Assembly (NCBI GenBank): GCA_002269645.1
Contig: NIVC01003792.1
Span: forward strand, 12,593-76,592
DNA length: 64,000 bases
Reading direction: 5' to 3'
Source of the DNA: Macrostomum lignano
Lineage: Eukaryota
Shown here: positions 24,690 through 36,361 of the stretch, piece after piece
Layout: every line of letters begins with the position of its first letter
Numbering within the stretch: position 1 is the first letter of the stretch
Made by a program: the position numbers and the translations under genes
The notes under the pieces: generated by a model
What the model saw: the letters and a program-made list of their open reading frames with translations, nothing else
The model's database searches: none
What the model was told of the DNA's origin: nothing

Positions 24690-27521
24690 TCAGTTCAGAA
24701 CAAAGCGCTCTTTCAGCATGGCCTTCGGCTTGTGCCGCTTCTCATTGTAGGCCCGGTAGCGCTCCTCTTCGTTCAGCTGCCGCTGTCGTTTCACCTCATT
24801 TTCCATACGGCGAACCCGCGTCTGCCTCTTGATGGCGTCTAGCGGCACCCGGGTGTAGCGCAAGCTGAACGACACGTCCTCTTCCAGCACCGGCACGTTT
24901 GCCACCGGCGACGGGAACCGGTAGGTGCACCGATTGGCGCTCGAGTCCAACGCTTTTTTGGCCGCTTCGGAGTCCATCGCTTTCACCAGCTTCTTGTTCT
25001 TCTCCGGGTAATAATCCACGGGCAGGTAGCTGATGCCCCGGCTTGTAAGGTCCGTTTTGAACTGCTTCTCCACGGCGTACTTTTGCTTGCGGAGCTCGAA
25101 CATGTCGCAGAGTCGATCAGGCGTGCTGTACAGCCATATGAAGTTTTGCCGGAAAACAAGGTCTTCTGGCTTGTAGTAGAACTCCTTGGGTGTGCGCAGC
25201 GCCAGGAAGCTTAAGCCTTTGCGCGTGGCTTCGCACACCAGCGCCAGGCTCTCTACAAGCACACCTGGGATCACTTCACGAATTGTGCGGCTGTTCCAGT
25301 TAACGTTCTCCGTGATGATAGATGGGTTTACTTCCAGCAGCCAAGGCCTGCCACCTTCATCGATACAGATATCCAACGAGAAGACTTGGTAGCAGTTAGC
25401 CTTTTCCTTGATCTGGTCCAGTACGCTGCAACAAATGTTGGACACCATTGAGCGCATGGTGCGAAGGAATGCTTCATTTGTGCTAAAGTGCGTCCATGGG
25501 TCTTGACCTGGCGGCACGTCTGCAGGGTCAAAATCGGCAGCAGGTGCAGCCCCTGTGGCACCGGCAGTCCCAGCAGCACCACTCTCCGAGACAGTCGCAC
25601 CCGCTGAACTAGTTCCAGGGGCCGCGGCAGCACCAGATGTAGAAGCAGGGCTGTTGGCTCCTACACTTGGTGATGCGGAACCACTTGGCTGCACAGTACT
25701 AGTCGAAGTCGCCTGAGCAGTAGCATCTAGATTTTGAGCAGTCTTGTCCTTCTTTTGAGGTTTTGGGTTGAGCTCTGGCGCCTTAGTTGCCATCATGATG
25801 AGTGGTAGATTTTGCTTGTTGCCCTTCAGGCAGCCGTGACGCACAGCAAAGTTGTACTCTTCGCACTCGTCATTGTCAAACTCGCCAGCATAAAAACCAA
25901 CTCGATTAATTGGCTCCAATGGATCCAGTTCGACCGATGGCTTCCTGTTTTTCTTTTTCTTGGCGTTGTTCTGCGTCTGAAGCACGTCCTCAGAGGTGTT
26001 GTCACCCGATGTAGTCGTCGCATTGTTAGCACTGGCCGGTGGCTGGGTGGCTGGATCGATTTTGGGTCCGAAAGTGCGCCAAACTCGAGTACCTGCTAGG
26101 TGCTGTCGAGCTCTGAATTTCTCATTCTTCTGCATTTCCTTGTACGGATCGGGGACTTTTCTGACAAAGCCCGGATGCAGAAATCCCAGGACGCGCTTAA
26201 ACCGAGTAACGATTATCAGCAGGAACATTCGAATATCAAACTTCTGACCGGTGTTGGTGAGCATAGGATTTTTTATGTACCTCTGCACGACGAAATTTTG
26301 TCCCCACATAAATCGGTTGGAAGTCTTCACCTTAAGGAAGGTGCGAAGTTGCTCCGCAGAGGAAAGAATTCGAACGCCACGTCCGCTGCGCATGTACGAC
26401 GGCTTCACAATCCAGTGGGCGTCGGGAGCTGTCCTAGATACATCTTCTATGAACACGTTCTGCTGAAGTGACGACGAAAACACCTTTGTCTCGGGCACAA
26501 AAATTTTGCTCACGAAACACGGGCACATGCTGCCGTCGTGCAGTTTGTCGATTCCGAGCTCGTTTCGTGCCTCCTTTGACATGGTTTCGAAGCAGCCAGG
26601 CTCTGTACAAGGCTCCATGTTGTGTCGAGCGTACTGGTGCGGACACAGCATCTGACACGGAATTCGTTTCCGGGTATGAGGACAGAGATGCTCCTTGAAC
26701 TGTATACCCTTGTGCAGAGTGTTGCTTTGCAAGGTGAAAGCGAGGCTTTGCTTATCCTTTAAATAGATGTCCAACGGCAAACGGTTGACAAAATGGTGCT
26801 CCGGTCGCAGAGTGGGTAGCACCTCGGTGGCCTTGCGCTTGCCCAGCCAGCAGAAAACACGCTCACCCCCGTCCGTCGGCAGATTCTTGATCTTCTCCAT
26901 TTTCATAAAGTCGCAGAAGGCGGTAAAAAGCAGATCAAGGCAGCCCACTCCGTTGTTTTCTGTCTCGATGAAAAACTTTGTATTGTTGCAAAGCAGCTGG
27001 GGATAGCTTTCCTGATACAGGCGATTGTACATAGCCAGATGCTCGCCGAATCTGTACAGCTGTGTGCTGATAGAAAATGCTTTGCGTTCTTCAACCTTTG
27101 GCAACTCAGGCTCACCCTTGCCCTTCTTCTTTTTCTTCTTAGCGTTGCTCTTGTTTTCAATGTCATCGTTGGATGCATTTGTACTGTGCGAGGCCGGCAG
27201 CACCTCAGGAATAACTGCAGCTGTAGTTGCGGGCAGGCTCGTCTCAGCCACCACCACAGTCTCCGCAGCTTCTGGCGCCGTATTCGGCTCCACTACTCGT
27301 GGCACTTGCGAGTTGCTCTGGCTGTTTTGGTGAAAGGAGGACTCCGTGGACATTGGCTTAGCCTTCTTAAGCGACTGTTGGTCCATAGCGAACACATTCT
27401 TTATATCTTCTGTGGTAGCTGTCCCATCGCAATACTCGGAGTAGTTTGCTCGAAGCACTGCCGCATCGGCGCTGTTCGCTTTCTTTTTTAGAGGCATCTG
27501 CACGGGCGCGGCCTCTTGCAT
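24690..27521 (-). CDS. Tubulin-tyrosine-ligase-like (ATP-grasp) protein, most like the TTLL10 polyglycylase; intronless, 943 aa
   Basis: Motifs WIVKPSYMRSGRGV, VVQRYIKNPML, KFDIRMFLL, FSLDICIDEGGRPWLLEVN and EVIPGVLVESLALV (the last resembles TTLL10 EVIPGVVIETLDLV). Contains a large low-complexity insertion. Confidence 0.85.
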   Translation of the reverse strand: MQEAAPVQMPLKKKANSADAAVLRANYSEYCDGTATTEDIKNVFAMDQQSLKKAKPMSTESSFHQNSQSNSQVPRVVEPNTAPEAAETVVVAETSLPATTAAVIPEVLPASHSTNASNDDIENKSNAKKKKKKGKGEPELPKVEERKAFSISTQLYRFGEHLAMYNRLYQESYPQLLCNNTKFFIETENNGVGCLDLLFTAFCDFMKMEKIKNLPTDGGERVFCWLGKRKATEVLPTLRPEHHFVNRLPLDIYLKDKQSLAFTLQSNTLHKGIQFKEHLCPHTRKRIPCQMLCPHQYARHNMEPCTEPGCFETMSKEARNELGIDKLHDGSMCPCFVSKIFVPETKVFSSSLQQNVFIEDVSRTAPDAHWIVKPSYMRSGRGVRILSSAEQLRTFLKVKTSNRFMWGQNFVVQRYIKNPMLTNTGQKFDIRMFLLIIVTRFKRVLGFLHPGFVRKVPDPYKEMQKNEKFRARQHLAGTRVWRTFGPKIDPATQPPASANNATTTSGDNTSEDVLQTQNNAKKKKNRKPSVELDPLEPINRVGFYAGEFDNDECEEYNFAVRHGCLKGNKQNLPLIMMATKAPELNPKPQKKDKTAQNLDATAQATSTSTVQPSGSASPSVGANSPASTSGAAAAPGTSSAGATVSESGAAGTAGATGAAPAADFDPADVPPGQDPWTHFSTNEAFLRTMRSMVSNICCSVLDQIKEKANCYQVFSLDICIDEGGRPWLLEVNPSIITENVNWNSRTIREVIPGVLVESLALVCEATRKGLSFLALRTPKEFYYKPEDLVFRQNFIWLYSTPDRLCDMFELRKQKYAVEKQFKTDLTSRGISYLPVDYYPEKNKKLVKAMDSEAAKKALDSSANRCTYRFPSPVANVPVLEEDVSFSLRYTRVPLDAIKRQTRVRRMENEVKRQRQLNEEERYRAYNEKRHKPKAMLKERFVLN

Positions 27522-28167
27522 CGTGTCGCGTTGTTTACAAAATTATTCCGACACGAAAAGCTGCTCAACTTTCTATTGTAAATTGCGGGGAGCTTAGGCT
27601 CTGCTTGGCTTAACTTGACTTCTGCAAGGTACAGAAATGCGTCTCACTATAGAGATGCTTAAACTTTCGGCCACAGACGACTAGGACTGAAAGTAGGCGT
27701 AGGCTCGGGTTCGATTATCGCTCAAAATAGTCTATGGCATGGACTATTGTACGCAGTCGCTGCTATTTGAAGGATACATCCATCCACTAAACTAAAAATG
27801 AGTTGTCTTTAGAATAACCAGATATGCAACTCGCCAATATGCGCTCAACAACTTGTTTTGTGGTTGTGTAGTTTACATTTTTATTTGGTCATACGAGCGT
27901 ATTAAAAAAGAAAAAACATTCTGATAACTTGAATTCAAAAAATAGGCATCGTATATATGCGATCGCGTATTCATGTAGATTACATCTAGATGCAAAATAG
28001 AACAAAATGAAATGAGTTCACATACTGTTCAAAAAATGTGCGTGATGCGTTTAAGATTTAATTTTAATGACCGACGCACAAAGCAAACTGTTTGTGCTAC
28101 ACTACCGTTCAAAAACTACTGTATAGGTGAAATTCCACGTCTCGGTGTAAAATCCAATCTGCAGGAG

Positions 28168-28746
28168 TCACAGGACCTCGCAGTGAAAAGCTGGTTTTAT
28201 TGGCTTTTTTGGAACCAACACAGCACGAATAGCCTCGTCAAACACGCTCTTCAGCCCTTTCTGAGTCAGGGCTGAACACTCAAGGTACTTCGCAGCGTTA
28301 ATCTCCTTGGCCATTGTCATACCCTGCAGGTGGGTGATGGGGGCCAGCTTCTTTGCTTTTAGCTCTTTAATTGTCTCCTTGTCGTCGCGCAGGTCCATTT
28401 TTGTGCCAACCAGCACGATTGGAGCGTTTGGACAGTGATGGCTCACCTCCGGGTACCACTTGGATCGAACGTTCTCAAAGCTTGTCGGACTGACGAGGGA
28501 AAAGCAGATGATAAACACGTCAGTCTCGGGGTAACTGAGCGGTCGGAGTCGGTCGTAGTCCTCCTGGCCGGCTGTGTCCCACAGGCCCAGGTTAATAGGC
28601 CGGTCATTGGCCACCACGACGGCTGAGTAGTGATCGAACACTGTCGGCACATAGGTGCTGGGAAAGGCGTTCTCAACGTAAGAGATGAGCAGACAGGTCT
28701 TGCCAACTGTTCCGTCGCCAACAAAGACGCACTTTACCGACTGCAT
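28168..28746 (-). CDS. rac: Rac-like Rho GTPase (192 aa, intronless), CAAX = CEVL
   Basis: [52 protein letters not shown]. The true ATG is at 28746; the ORF-track extension to 28824 is a tandem-repeat artefact. Confidence 0.95.
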   Translation of the reverse strand: MQSVKCVFVGDGTVGKTCLLISYVENAFPSTYVPTVFDHYSAVVVANDRPINLGLWDTAGQEDYDRLRPLSYPETDVFIICFSLVSPTSFENVRSKWYPEVSHHCPNAPIVLVGTKMDLRDDKETIKELKAKKLAPITHLQGMTMAKEINAAKYLECSALTQKGLKSVFDEAIRAVLVPKKPIKPAFHCEVL

Positions 28747-28752
28747 TCTTAG

Positions 28753-28792
28753 GATACTGTGAGATACTGTGAGATACTGTGAGATACTGTGA
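28753..28792 (-). repeat. Four perfect 10-bp units just 5' of the Rac ATG (forward GATACTGTGA; TATCTCACAG-periodic on the minus strand)
   Basis: GATACTGTGA x4 directly visible. Confidence 0.95.
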
Positions 28793-29816
28793 GAATGAAA
28801 TTTCCGAAATTCTGTCTCTCGCAAGCCGTGTCAGCGTCACGCGTTTTATAATATTTGTGGCTTTCGAAATCGCTTATTTTTAGACTATGCCTCACTCAAA
28901 CGATAGAGAAATAACACAGTAAGCTCGTACCTTCTCTGCCCAGTCGCCCTCTCCTCTTCATGCCCTCTCTTATTTTTCATGCTTGCTACAAGCTATTAAT
29001 AGTCAGCTACTGCGTAATTAGTAAGCATGCAAATTCTTTCCATAGCATCCTTGGATATGGAAGTGACAGAAACATTGCCACCTACACGAATCTCAACTGC
29101 TGCACCGGAAAGCAAATAATTAGTTGAATTTGGGGTTCAACTTTTTCTTAGATTCAATGTATCGATTCAATCTAGCAAATTGAAACTGAAAAACAACTTT
29201 ACGGTTTCTTAATGGTACGAATTGATTAGAAACGCTGTGACACCCTGCCATGCATATTAAAATGTTTAGAAATACAGAAAAATCTGTCTATTCTCAAGCA
29301 CATTCATTCGCTAAGGAGGGCAAGGCAAGCAGCATGCATCAACCTTCCCTCTCGAAAGGGTGAAGCTGCATAAACTCTCCACTTGGCCAGCGCTCGCAAC
29401 CTTCTACTCATTTCAGAGCCCGATGCGATGCCCAGAGCAAAAGAGACGATGCCTTTGATGCCATCATCGCCTTCTCTTCTCTGCTGGTATGACTGACTAG
29501 CACGCAGCCTGAAAAAAATTGCAGTGTGCACAGAGCGTGCTTTTGTGCGCGCGCCCCACCCCAACGCCCCCTTGCCTAGCAGTTATCCCGACCCGCAAGT
29601 TTTGTCTGTGCAGACTAGCAATAGTCAGATCTATTTTTGCCAAGTCTACACAGAAACTGGAACTCAGCTATCTATCTACTTGTTTCTTTCATTCCTTTTT
29701 GCATATCGAAGCCTATCTCAGACATAAAAGAAAATTCTTACCAGGCGCAGAAATAGAATTTAGTTAGAAGATACGCTGTAAGCCAGCTCCTCTCTGTTTT
29801 AGACCTTCTGAGCGCG

Positions 29817-30404
29817 ATGCAGGCCATCAAGTGTGTTGTGGTTGGAGATGGAGCTGTTGGAAAAACCTGCCTCCTCATCTCCTACACGACCAACGCCTTT
29901 CCTAACGAGTACATCCCGACCGTGTTCGATAACTACTCGGCGAATATCATGGTGGACAGCAAGCCCATCAACCTGGGCCTGTGGGACACGGCTGGCCAGG
30001 AGGACTATGACCGGCTGAGGCCGCTGAGCTACCCGCAAACTGACGTGTTTCTGGTCTGCTTCTCCCTCATCAGCCCGGCCAGCTATGAGAACGTGCGGGC
30101 CAAGTGGTACCCGGAGGTGAGACACCACTGTCCCAGCGCTCCGGTCGTGCTGGTCGGCACCAAACTGGACCTGCGCGACGATCCAGAAACGATTGAAAAG
30201 CTAAAGGAAAAGAACCAGGCCCCCATCACCCACCTGCAAGGCATGTCGATGGCTAAGGAGATCGGTGCGGAGAAGTACCTGGAATGCTCAGCCCTGACTC
30301 AGAAGGGACTGAAGAACGTGTTCGACGAGTCAATTCGAGCCGTGCTGCGGCCTCCCAAGCCCACACAGAGAGGACGAATTGGTGGGAAATGCAAAATTTT
30401 GTAG
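29817..30404 (+). CDS. rac: Rac1-like GTPase (195 aa, intronless), CAAX = CKIL
   Basis: [60 protein letters not shown]. Confidence 0.97.
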   Translation: MQAIKCVVVGDGAVGKTCLLISYTTNAFPNEYIPTVFDNYSANIMVDSKPINLGLWDTAGQEDYDRLRPLSYPQTDVFLVCFSLISPASYENVRAKWYPEVRHHCPSAPVVLVGTKLDLRDDPETIEKLKEKNQAPITHLQGMSMAKEIGAEKYLECSALTQKGLKNVFDESIRAVLRPPKPTQRGRIGGKCKIL

Positions 30405-31289
30405 TCAAAGCAGATTTTGGCTTTGACTTCACACACCGAGTTGCACGAAATTATATTCAAGATCAGCGCAGTTTTCTATAAGTAATAATAAATACTGCTT
30501 CTAACCTCAGTTTGTTTATGCAAATTAATTCGCGGATCTAAATCAATGCTTTCTAGACGATATTTTTAAGAAGAAGCAACATTAAAGGATGTTAGTTTCG
30601 GAGAACAAAGTTTTGCTCCCTTTCTCGCTTCCAAACAGAAGATTAATCTAAGATGAAAAATGTTTGATACTGCATGTTAATTTTCATATTTTATCCAGTC
30701 TTTGTTGTTTTAATCAAGTGGGCCCAAGCTGATCGAAAAAATTTTCTATTTTTGTTGGCTCAAACATACAGATATTTCAGCTGCGTACGGCTTTAATGCT
30801 GCCTTTTATCCTAGAAATAATATTCTATATGTTTATGCTGCATTATGCAAATTTATGGTCGACATTAAGAGGCCTAGCCTCTATTTCTATTCTCTAGAAG
30901 ACCACAGAAATTGAAGCCAAAATATAGCGGTGTAGAATCTAACAATATGTACAGACTTTTTCTTCATCGTTTAAAAAACGACATTGTAAACAATGTTCAA
31001 AAATGCTATAAATTGATTTTCTACTGTTCTAAAAAGTTATTTTATGGCTATTTTTACTCTTAATTTTTTAGTGCACCCGCTGTGTTTGTATAATATTTAC
31101 TTAGTTTTCTGAAAAATATTGTTCAAACAAATCAATTCAATTTTTATGGTGAATCATTTTAATCATCAAGGAATTTTCGACAATAAACAATATAAACTAC
31201 CTACGTGTATAAATTCTTCGATCTTTTAAGTTTGTTTATCATCCTTAGACAACAATATTTGTCTTTAGACTTCTCTTGAGTTTCAAATT

Positions 31290-31870
31290 TCTGGGCCTGC
31301 AAACGTCGGGTAGAACCGAGTTCGTCCCGAGGTGAGTGATCGAGCCTGGCCCTGTTGGAAAACCGGGCAGTGGCAGATAAAGTGCTCAGCGTTTTCACTG
31401 TCTGAGCGACAAAAGGGGTATCGCTCCTCCGGTACCTGGCCCTGAGATGGCGAGGGTAGCAGCCATGCCCGGAGAGGGCTATGCTAACCGCTCCCTGCTC
31501 CCTGCTAAAAGATCCCTGCGGTTGAGCCGAAGAAGGGTCTATATGCATTAAGGGGAGGGGCAGGGGCGGCAGCATGGGATTGCCTGCAGTTCCGAGTGTC
31601 GTGCCATCTGGGGAGACGCTCGGAGTCAGCCCAGCGACTAACTCGGTCAGAGATTGGGGCACCTGGGCCCCGCCGGCGGAGCAAACCTTGGCCAGCAGGT
31701 CAGCGCACTTGTTGCCGAGGAAACCAGCGTGGCCCGGAATCCATTCGAGCTCCGCCCAGCTGGGTGTTGCAGTCCAGGATAGATTTGTAGCTGGCGGTGC
31801 TACGTACGGCAGAGAGCCCGAAGGGCTGCCTGGCTGTCGGAGTGAACAGACACTCAGAAAAGACTTCGGT
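31290..31870 (-). mobile_element. Degenerate 3' fragment (RNase H / C-terminal region) of a non-LTR retrotransposon related to the 37.5-43 kb element
   Basis: WIPGHAGFLGNKCADLLAK and ALSGHGCY mirror [19 protein letters not shown] and ALSGHGCF of the large element. Frameshifted; boundaries approximate. Confidence 0.8.
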
Positions 31871-32549
31871 TCAGGCACATGCTTGCTACTGAAACATTAA
31901 GTATATGACGTCTTAGTCGAACAAGGACCAGTGCATGCATACAATTATGCTTCAACAAGATTAACCAATGACAAAAATAGGAAATTAGACAACTTTTGGC
32001 CTTCAACTTGGATAATTGTGCCGTACAAGCTCCAATTTTAGTTAGCAATAGAAAAAATAGCACAAAAACAGAACGATAATTAAATTTCAGTTATATCGCG
32101 CGTGTGCATCAGTGCTGCGTGCTTTGATTTGCAAAGTAAGAGATTCATGCATCTTCCTTATCATGGATATGCTTAAACTTAAATGAATACCACGAAGGCC
32201 AGAATAGAACTAGGCTGTCTCCGAAAATATCTGTCAACGAGCAGCAGCTCGATCCACAACCGCTGCACACCAAGACTAGAGCAGCTATCTTAAACGTTGA
32301 CGATTAATTCATAATTCTAAAGGCTTAAAAAGGCATAGCCATACAGCGAACTGCTTATAAACTACCGGCAGTGAAATTTGGCGCGTGCGAGGCACCAAGA
32401 AAGCCAGCCAGGCTTATCTAAACACATAAATAAGGAATCACTGTATCTTCCGTCGTGCATGAATTTCAGGGTAGGCAATTTCACAGAAAGTCATAAGCAG
32501 CCATTTCAGTAGTTCAGCTCAGCTTACCTACTGAAAGATTTGACTGAAC

Positions 32550-33131
32550 ATGCAAACGATCAAGTGCGTTGTGGTTGGCGATGGAGCAGTCGGAAAAACA
32601 TGTCTGCTCATCTCCTATACTACCAACGCGTTTCCTAACGAGTACATCCCGACCGTGTTCGACAATTACTCCGCCAATGTGATGGTGGACGGCAAGCCCA
32701 TCAACCTGGGCCTGTGGGACACGGCTGGCCAGGAGGACTATGACCGGCTGAGGCCGCTGAGCTACCCTCAAACCAACGTGTTCCTTGTCTGCTTCTCCCT
32801 CATCAGCCCAACTAGTTACGAAAATGTTCGATCGAAGTGGTACCCGGAGGTAAGTCACCACTGTCCCAACACTCCGATCGTGCTGGTCGGCACCAAACTG
32901 GACCTGCGAGACGATCCAGAAACTGTTGAAAAGTTGAAGGCCAGGTATCTGGCCCCCATCACGCACCTGCAAGGAATGACAATGGCAAAGGAAATCAACG
33001 CAGTGAAGTACCTGGAGTGCTCAGCTCTGACTCAGAAGGGGCTGAAGACTGTGTTCGATGAAGCTATACAAGCTGTAATGTGCCCGAAGCCGAAGAGCAG
33101 CAAGAAGGGACTCAGCTGCAAACTGCTTTAG
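32550..33131 (+). CDS. rac: Rac1-like GTPase (193 aa, intronless), CAAX = CKLL
   Basis: [42 protein letters not shown]. Confidence 0.97.
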   Translation: MQTIKCVVVGDGAVGKTCLLISYTTNAFPNEYIPTVFDNYSANVMVDGKPINLGLWDTAGQEDYDRLRPLSYPQTNVFLVCFSLISPTSYENVRSKWYPEVSHHCPNTPIVLVGTKLDLRDDPETVEKLKARYLAPITHLQGMTMAKEINAVKYLECSALTQKGLKTVFDEAIQAVMCPKPKSSKKGLSCKLL

Positions 33132-34090
33132 ACGGCAGAGTGTGCGATCAAATCAAATCTGTTGTGCAGATTTTTCTACTTAGATATGAATTGAGCTTCA
33201 GGCCTAAAAAACGATAGCTTTTTCTTGGCTAAACAGTGATTTTTATTGTCGGCAATTGTGATTAAAGTTGTTATATCGATTTTGAAACGTAAGTAACATA
33301 CCCCCCTCGTGTCTTGTTTTCTAATGCGAATATGCGTGTTGTCAATGTTTAGTACTTATAATAAATAAACAGTCTCTTGCTTATTCAGATTTTTCACATT
33401 GAATTTGCTGAACACTTCTAATTACTGATTAATGACTACGAGTATCTCAAAATATTATTCATCTCGTTGGATTAGCCTCGTGTGTTAATGAACAATATGT
33501 GCTGAATATATAATGTCACTGCTTGTTATTTCGAGTTTGTAAAGTACGAAGTATTTCTACATAAATATACTCATTTACTTGATTACAAACAGAAAAATGA
33601 AGACGTTAAAAACAGTTATTATCAACGCCGTTTCGGCCGTAATTTTTAACGGAGAGCTTTTCCCATCATCTACACGCTCCATTTTCCATTACCGGTACTT
33701 GTGGCGGTTGTTTATATAGCCGCAAAAGTTTTATACAATTTTTTAAACAGTCACTCATGCCTCCTTGTATACGAGCTAGTTCTCGCCAAGCCAGATCCAC
33801 CTCAAAATTTTGGAGCGTAGGAACGAGGTGGGTGCGATTTAACAAAAGCACGCAATCGAGACTCAATCAATCAAGACATCTCAGTAATCGCGTAAGCCTT
33901 GCATAGGGATGCATGTACACTCAGCAACAGTCCTTGAAGACATGCACAGCCCTGCCAGAGAATTGGCAGAGCGACTGACTTCAGCTCACTACACTGCAAT
34001 AACGCAAGGTTTCGCAACTCTCGCTCAGGCGCACACTTGGTCTAGGGTGGCGGTTTTGACTGTTGCTGAGTGTATGTGCTTTAATTAGAT

Positions 34091-34626
34091 CAGAGCTCGG
34101 CAAACTCCGGCTCACAAGACCACTCAGTCCGGCCCGCGACCCCCTCCTCACCATCTAGCAATGATAAAGTAGTAATGGTAAAGTAGCAGGTTAGCCTGTA
34201 GTCTATACTCTATACTCATTAGGCTAGGCCAGGGCTATCACAAGTGCTGAGAAGAAGGAGAGGTGGAAGCTAAGTAGAGGGCTACGGACGGGAAAGTGGG
34301 GGGGCAGTCACAAACTAAGCTATTCGCGCTTTCAATGTACATTGACTCAACTCTGGTCATGCCGCTATTAAATGATAGCTCGTACATTGCAGTCTCAATG
34401 TACACCGCGTCGCTTTGAGACTCCTTAAAAGCTACGTGAATCTCCCCAAACTAGTATGCTTTCGTTCAGCTTATTTTATCATCTACAGGACTTTTTGAAG
34501 TATCTTAATCTAAGTTTAAAATACAAAAATTTGTGAAAAATTAAGTTTTAACTTGCATAGTCCGGCCCGTGGCTTCTGCCTACCCCTTTATCCGACTCGG
34601 ACAAGTAAAAAGTTTGCCGACCCCTA
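34091..34626. mobile_element. Probable hAT-type non-autonomous element (MITE)
   Basis: Imperfect TIRs CAGAGCTCGGCAAACT (34091) and AGTTTGCCGACCCCTA (34611-34626); subterminal CCGGCCCG motifs at both ends. No convincing 8-bp TSD. Confidence 0.5.
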
Positions 34627-36361
34627 GAAAATAAATGGAAAGTAAAATAGAAAAAAATAGGTAGCTACGTATGCAGCCGAGGCTTGCGTACATTTTGTGC
34701 AGTGCTGACCTCGGGGAATGCTGAGCACAGTCGAGTGATCTGCAGTTCAGCCTAAAATCCTTAACTCGTTCACAGCGGCAGAGGGATGACGCAACACACT
34801 AATCCACCGTTATTAAAGTACTCGTGCTTTTAAACCGCATCCCACACGATTGATATTTTGCGCTTTAAGATTTTTTAATAACCCCTAAAGCAGCAAATCC
34901 TACTTGCAGGATTTTTGATACAACAGCACAAATGCGCTCGTGTTTTGGCGGTAGCATAGTCAAAGACTACTTAATAAGCGACAATTAATCGTCCTTGACC
35001 ATAGCATTCTCAACAGGGGCTTTTATAGCGACAAGATCGCTGGTCGAATGAGCGCACAAGGACCACTGTACGTAGTACAATATAACAGGTTAAACAAAAA
35101 AATCGTGTAAATTTTTTGGAGGAAGGTCAATTTCCAGGAAAAATACACTGCGGAGAGAGCAAAATCATTTTTTCATCACATAATCACTGATTGCATTTGA
35201 TTTGATGCAATGAAGATTACCATTCATTTAGTTAAGCATTCACAACATGTTACTCTGTTGTACTTTTATAGTTGTGCAGTGAAAGGTTCATTTTCATATT
35301 GTTTTATTTTTACTTTATAAGCTGAAGTCAAAGTTGTGTAAATACTCAGAAGTGAGGTTTTTATTTTGTTACTCTGAGTAAAGTAATATTTGGTAATTAA
35401 TTTTTTTGCATCCAGGTGTTCTTCTCAGTCATTTAGTTTCATTGAGATGAAAATATTAGTAGCTATCATTTTTAGTAGGAGTATAATAGGATTAGTAGCA
35501 TTACTCAAGAAACATATTGTGTATTTATCGTATCCAATATACTCAGCAACATCGAAAAGTCGCCAATCGCTATCACAGAAGATTCCGTCTGTGGTCGCCA
35601 CTTTTGAGTTAAAGTCTCTCAATCTTTGCGAGTGACGCAACTCATCTACGCCGCGGCTGACTTCAGTTGAGGCATGAAGTGGGGGGAGCGGTGTGCGAGG
35701 GTTGGACGGATTAAAGCTACCCCGATCAGTTTTCTCGTATCTTTTATTTCAGAATAGTCCAAGAGAAATTGCTCGTGTAGCGACTTTTCAATGTTGCTGA
35801 GTAAATGTACTGATTGACAGAGACAAGTGAATCCTCGCACCGTAAAGCAACCAGTTTTCAACAAAAGAAGTATAAATCGTGTATCGATTTGAATTGAGAA
35901 TATAGCAATAATGGGCTAAACATATGCACACGCAAAACATTTCAAGAAAAATTCTCAAGATTACAAGGAAGGACATTAGGGACATTAGGGATCGCAAGTT
36001 ATTATTCGCAGCACATGACCACCTATTATTAGACTTGCTTCCTGTAGTGCACGCCTCCTCTATGCCTTTACGCTTTCCTCTGACTCTAGAGCTATAGCTT
36101 TCTCGACCAACGTGCACTAGCACTGGCCCCTCCAACTACTCGTATTGCGTAACACTGTAGCTGCACATCGGCAGTGAATCTTTATAACAACTCAAATATA
36201 CGGTCCACAAGACCATGTTATTTCTTAGCGCACAAGCGCCCTTCACTTCTTTTCATACGTTAAAGTTATATACGAAGTAGTTAAAATATTTACCATTAAT
36301 AAAACGAACTTCAAATCTCTAAATTTAACGACTTAACAGTTGAATGCTCAATGAGTTTATT

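Noticed and set aside
28747-28824. N-terminal extension of the Rac ORF in the ORF track
   Set aside because: Comes from the 10-bp repeat and an acceptor tract; the conserved Rac start MQSVKC is at 28746.
35425-36135. Fragmentary minus-strand ORFs downstream of the dead caspase
   Set aside because: Broken into several frames with no identifiable family.
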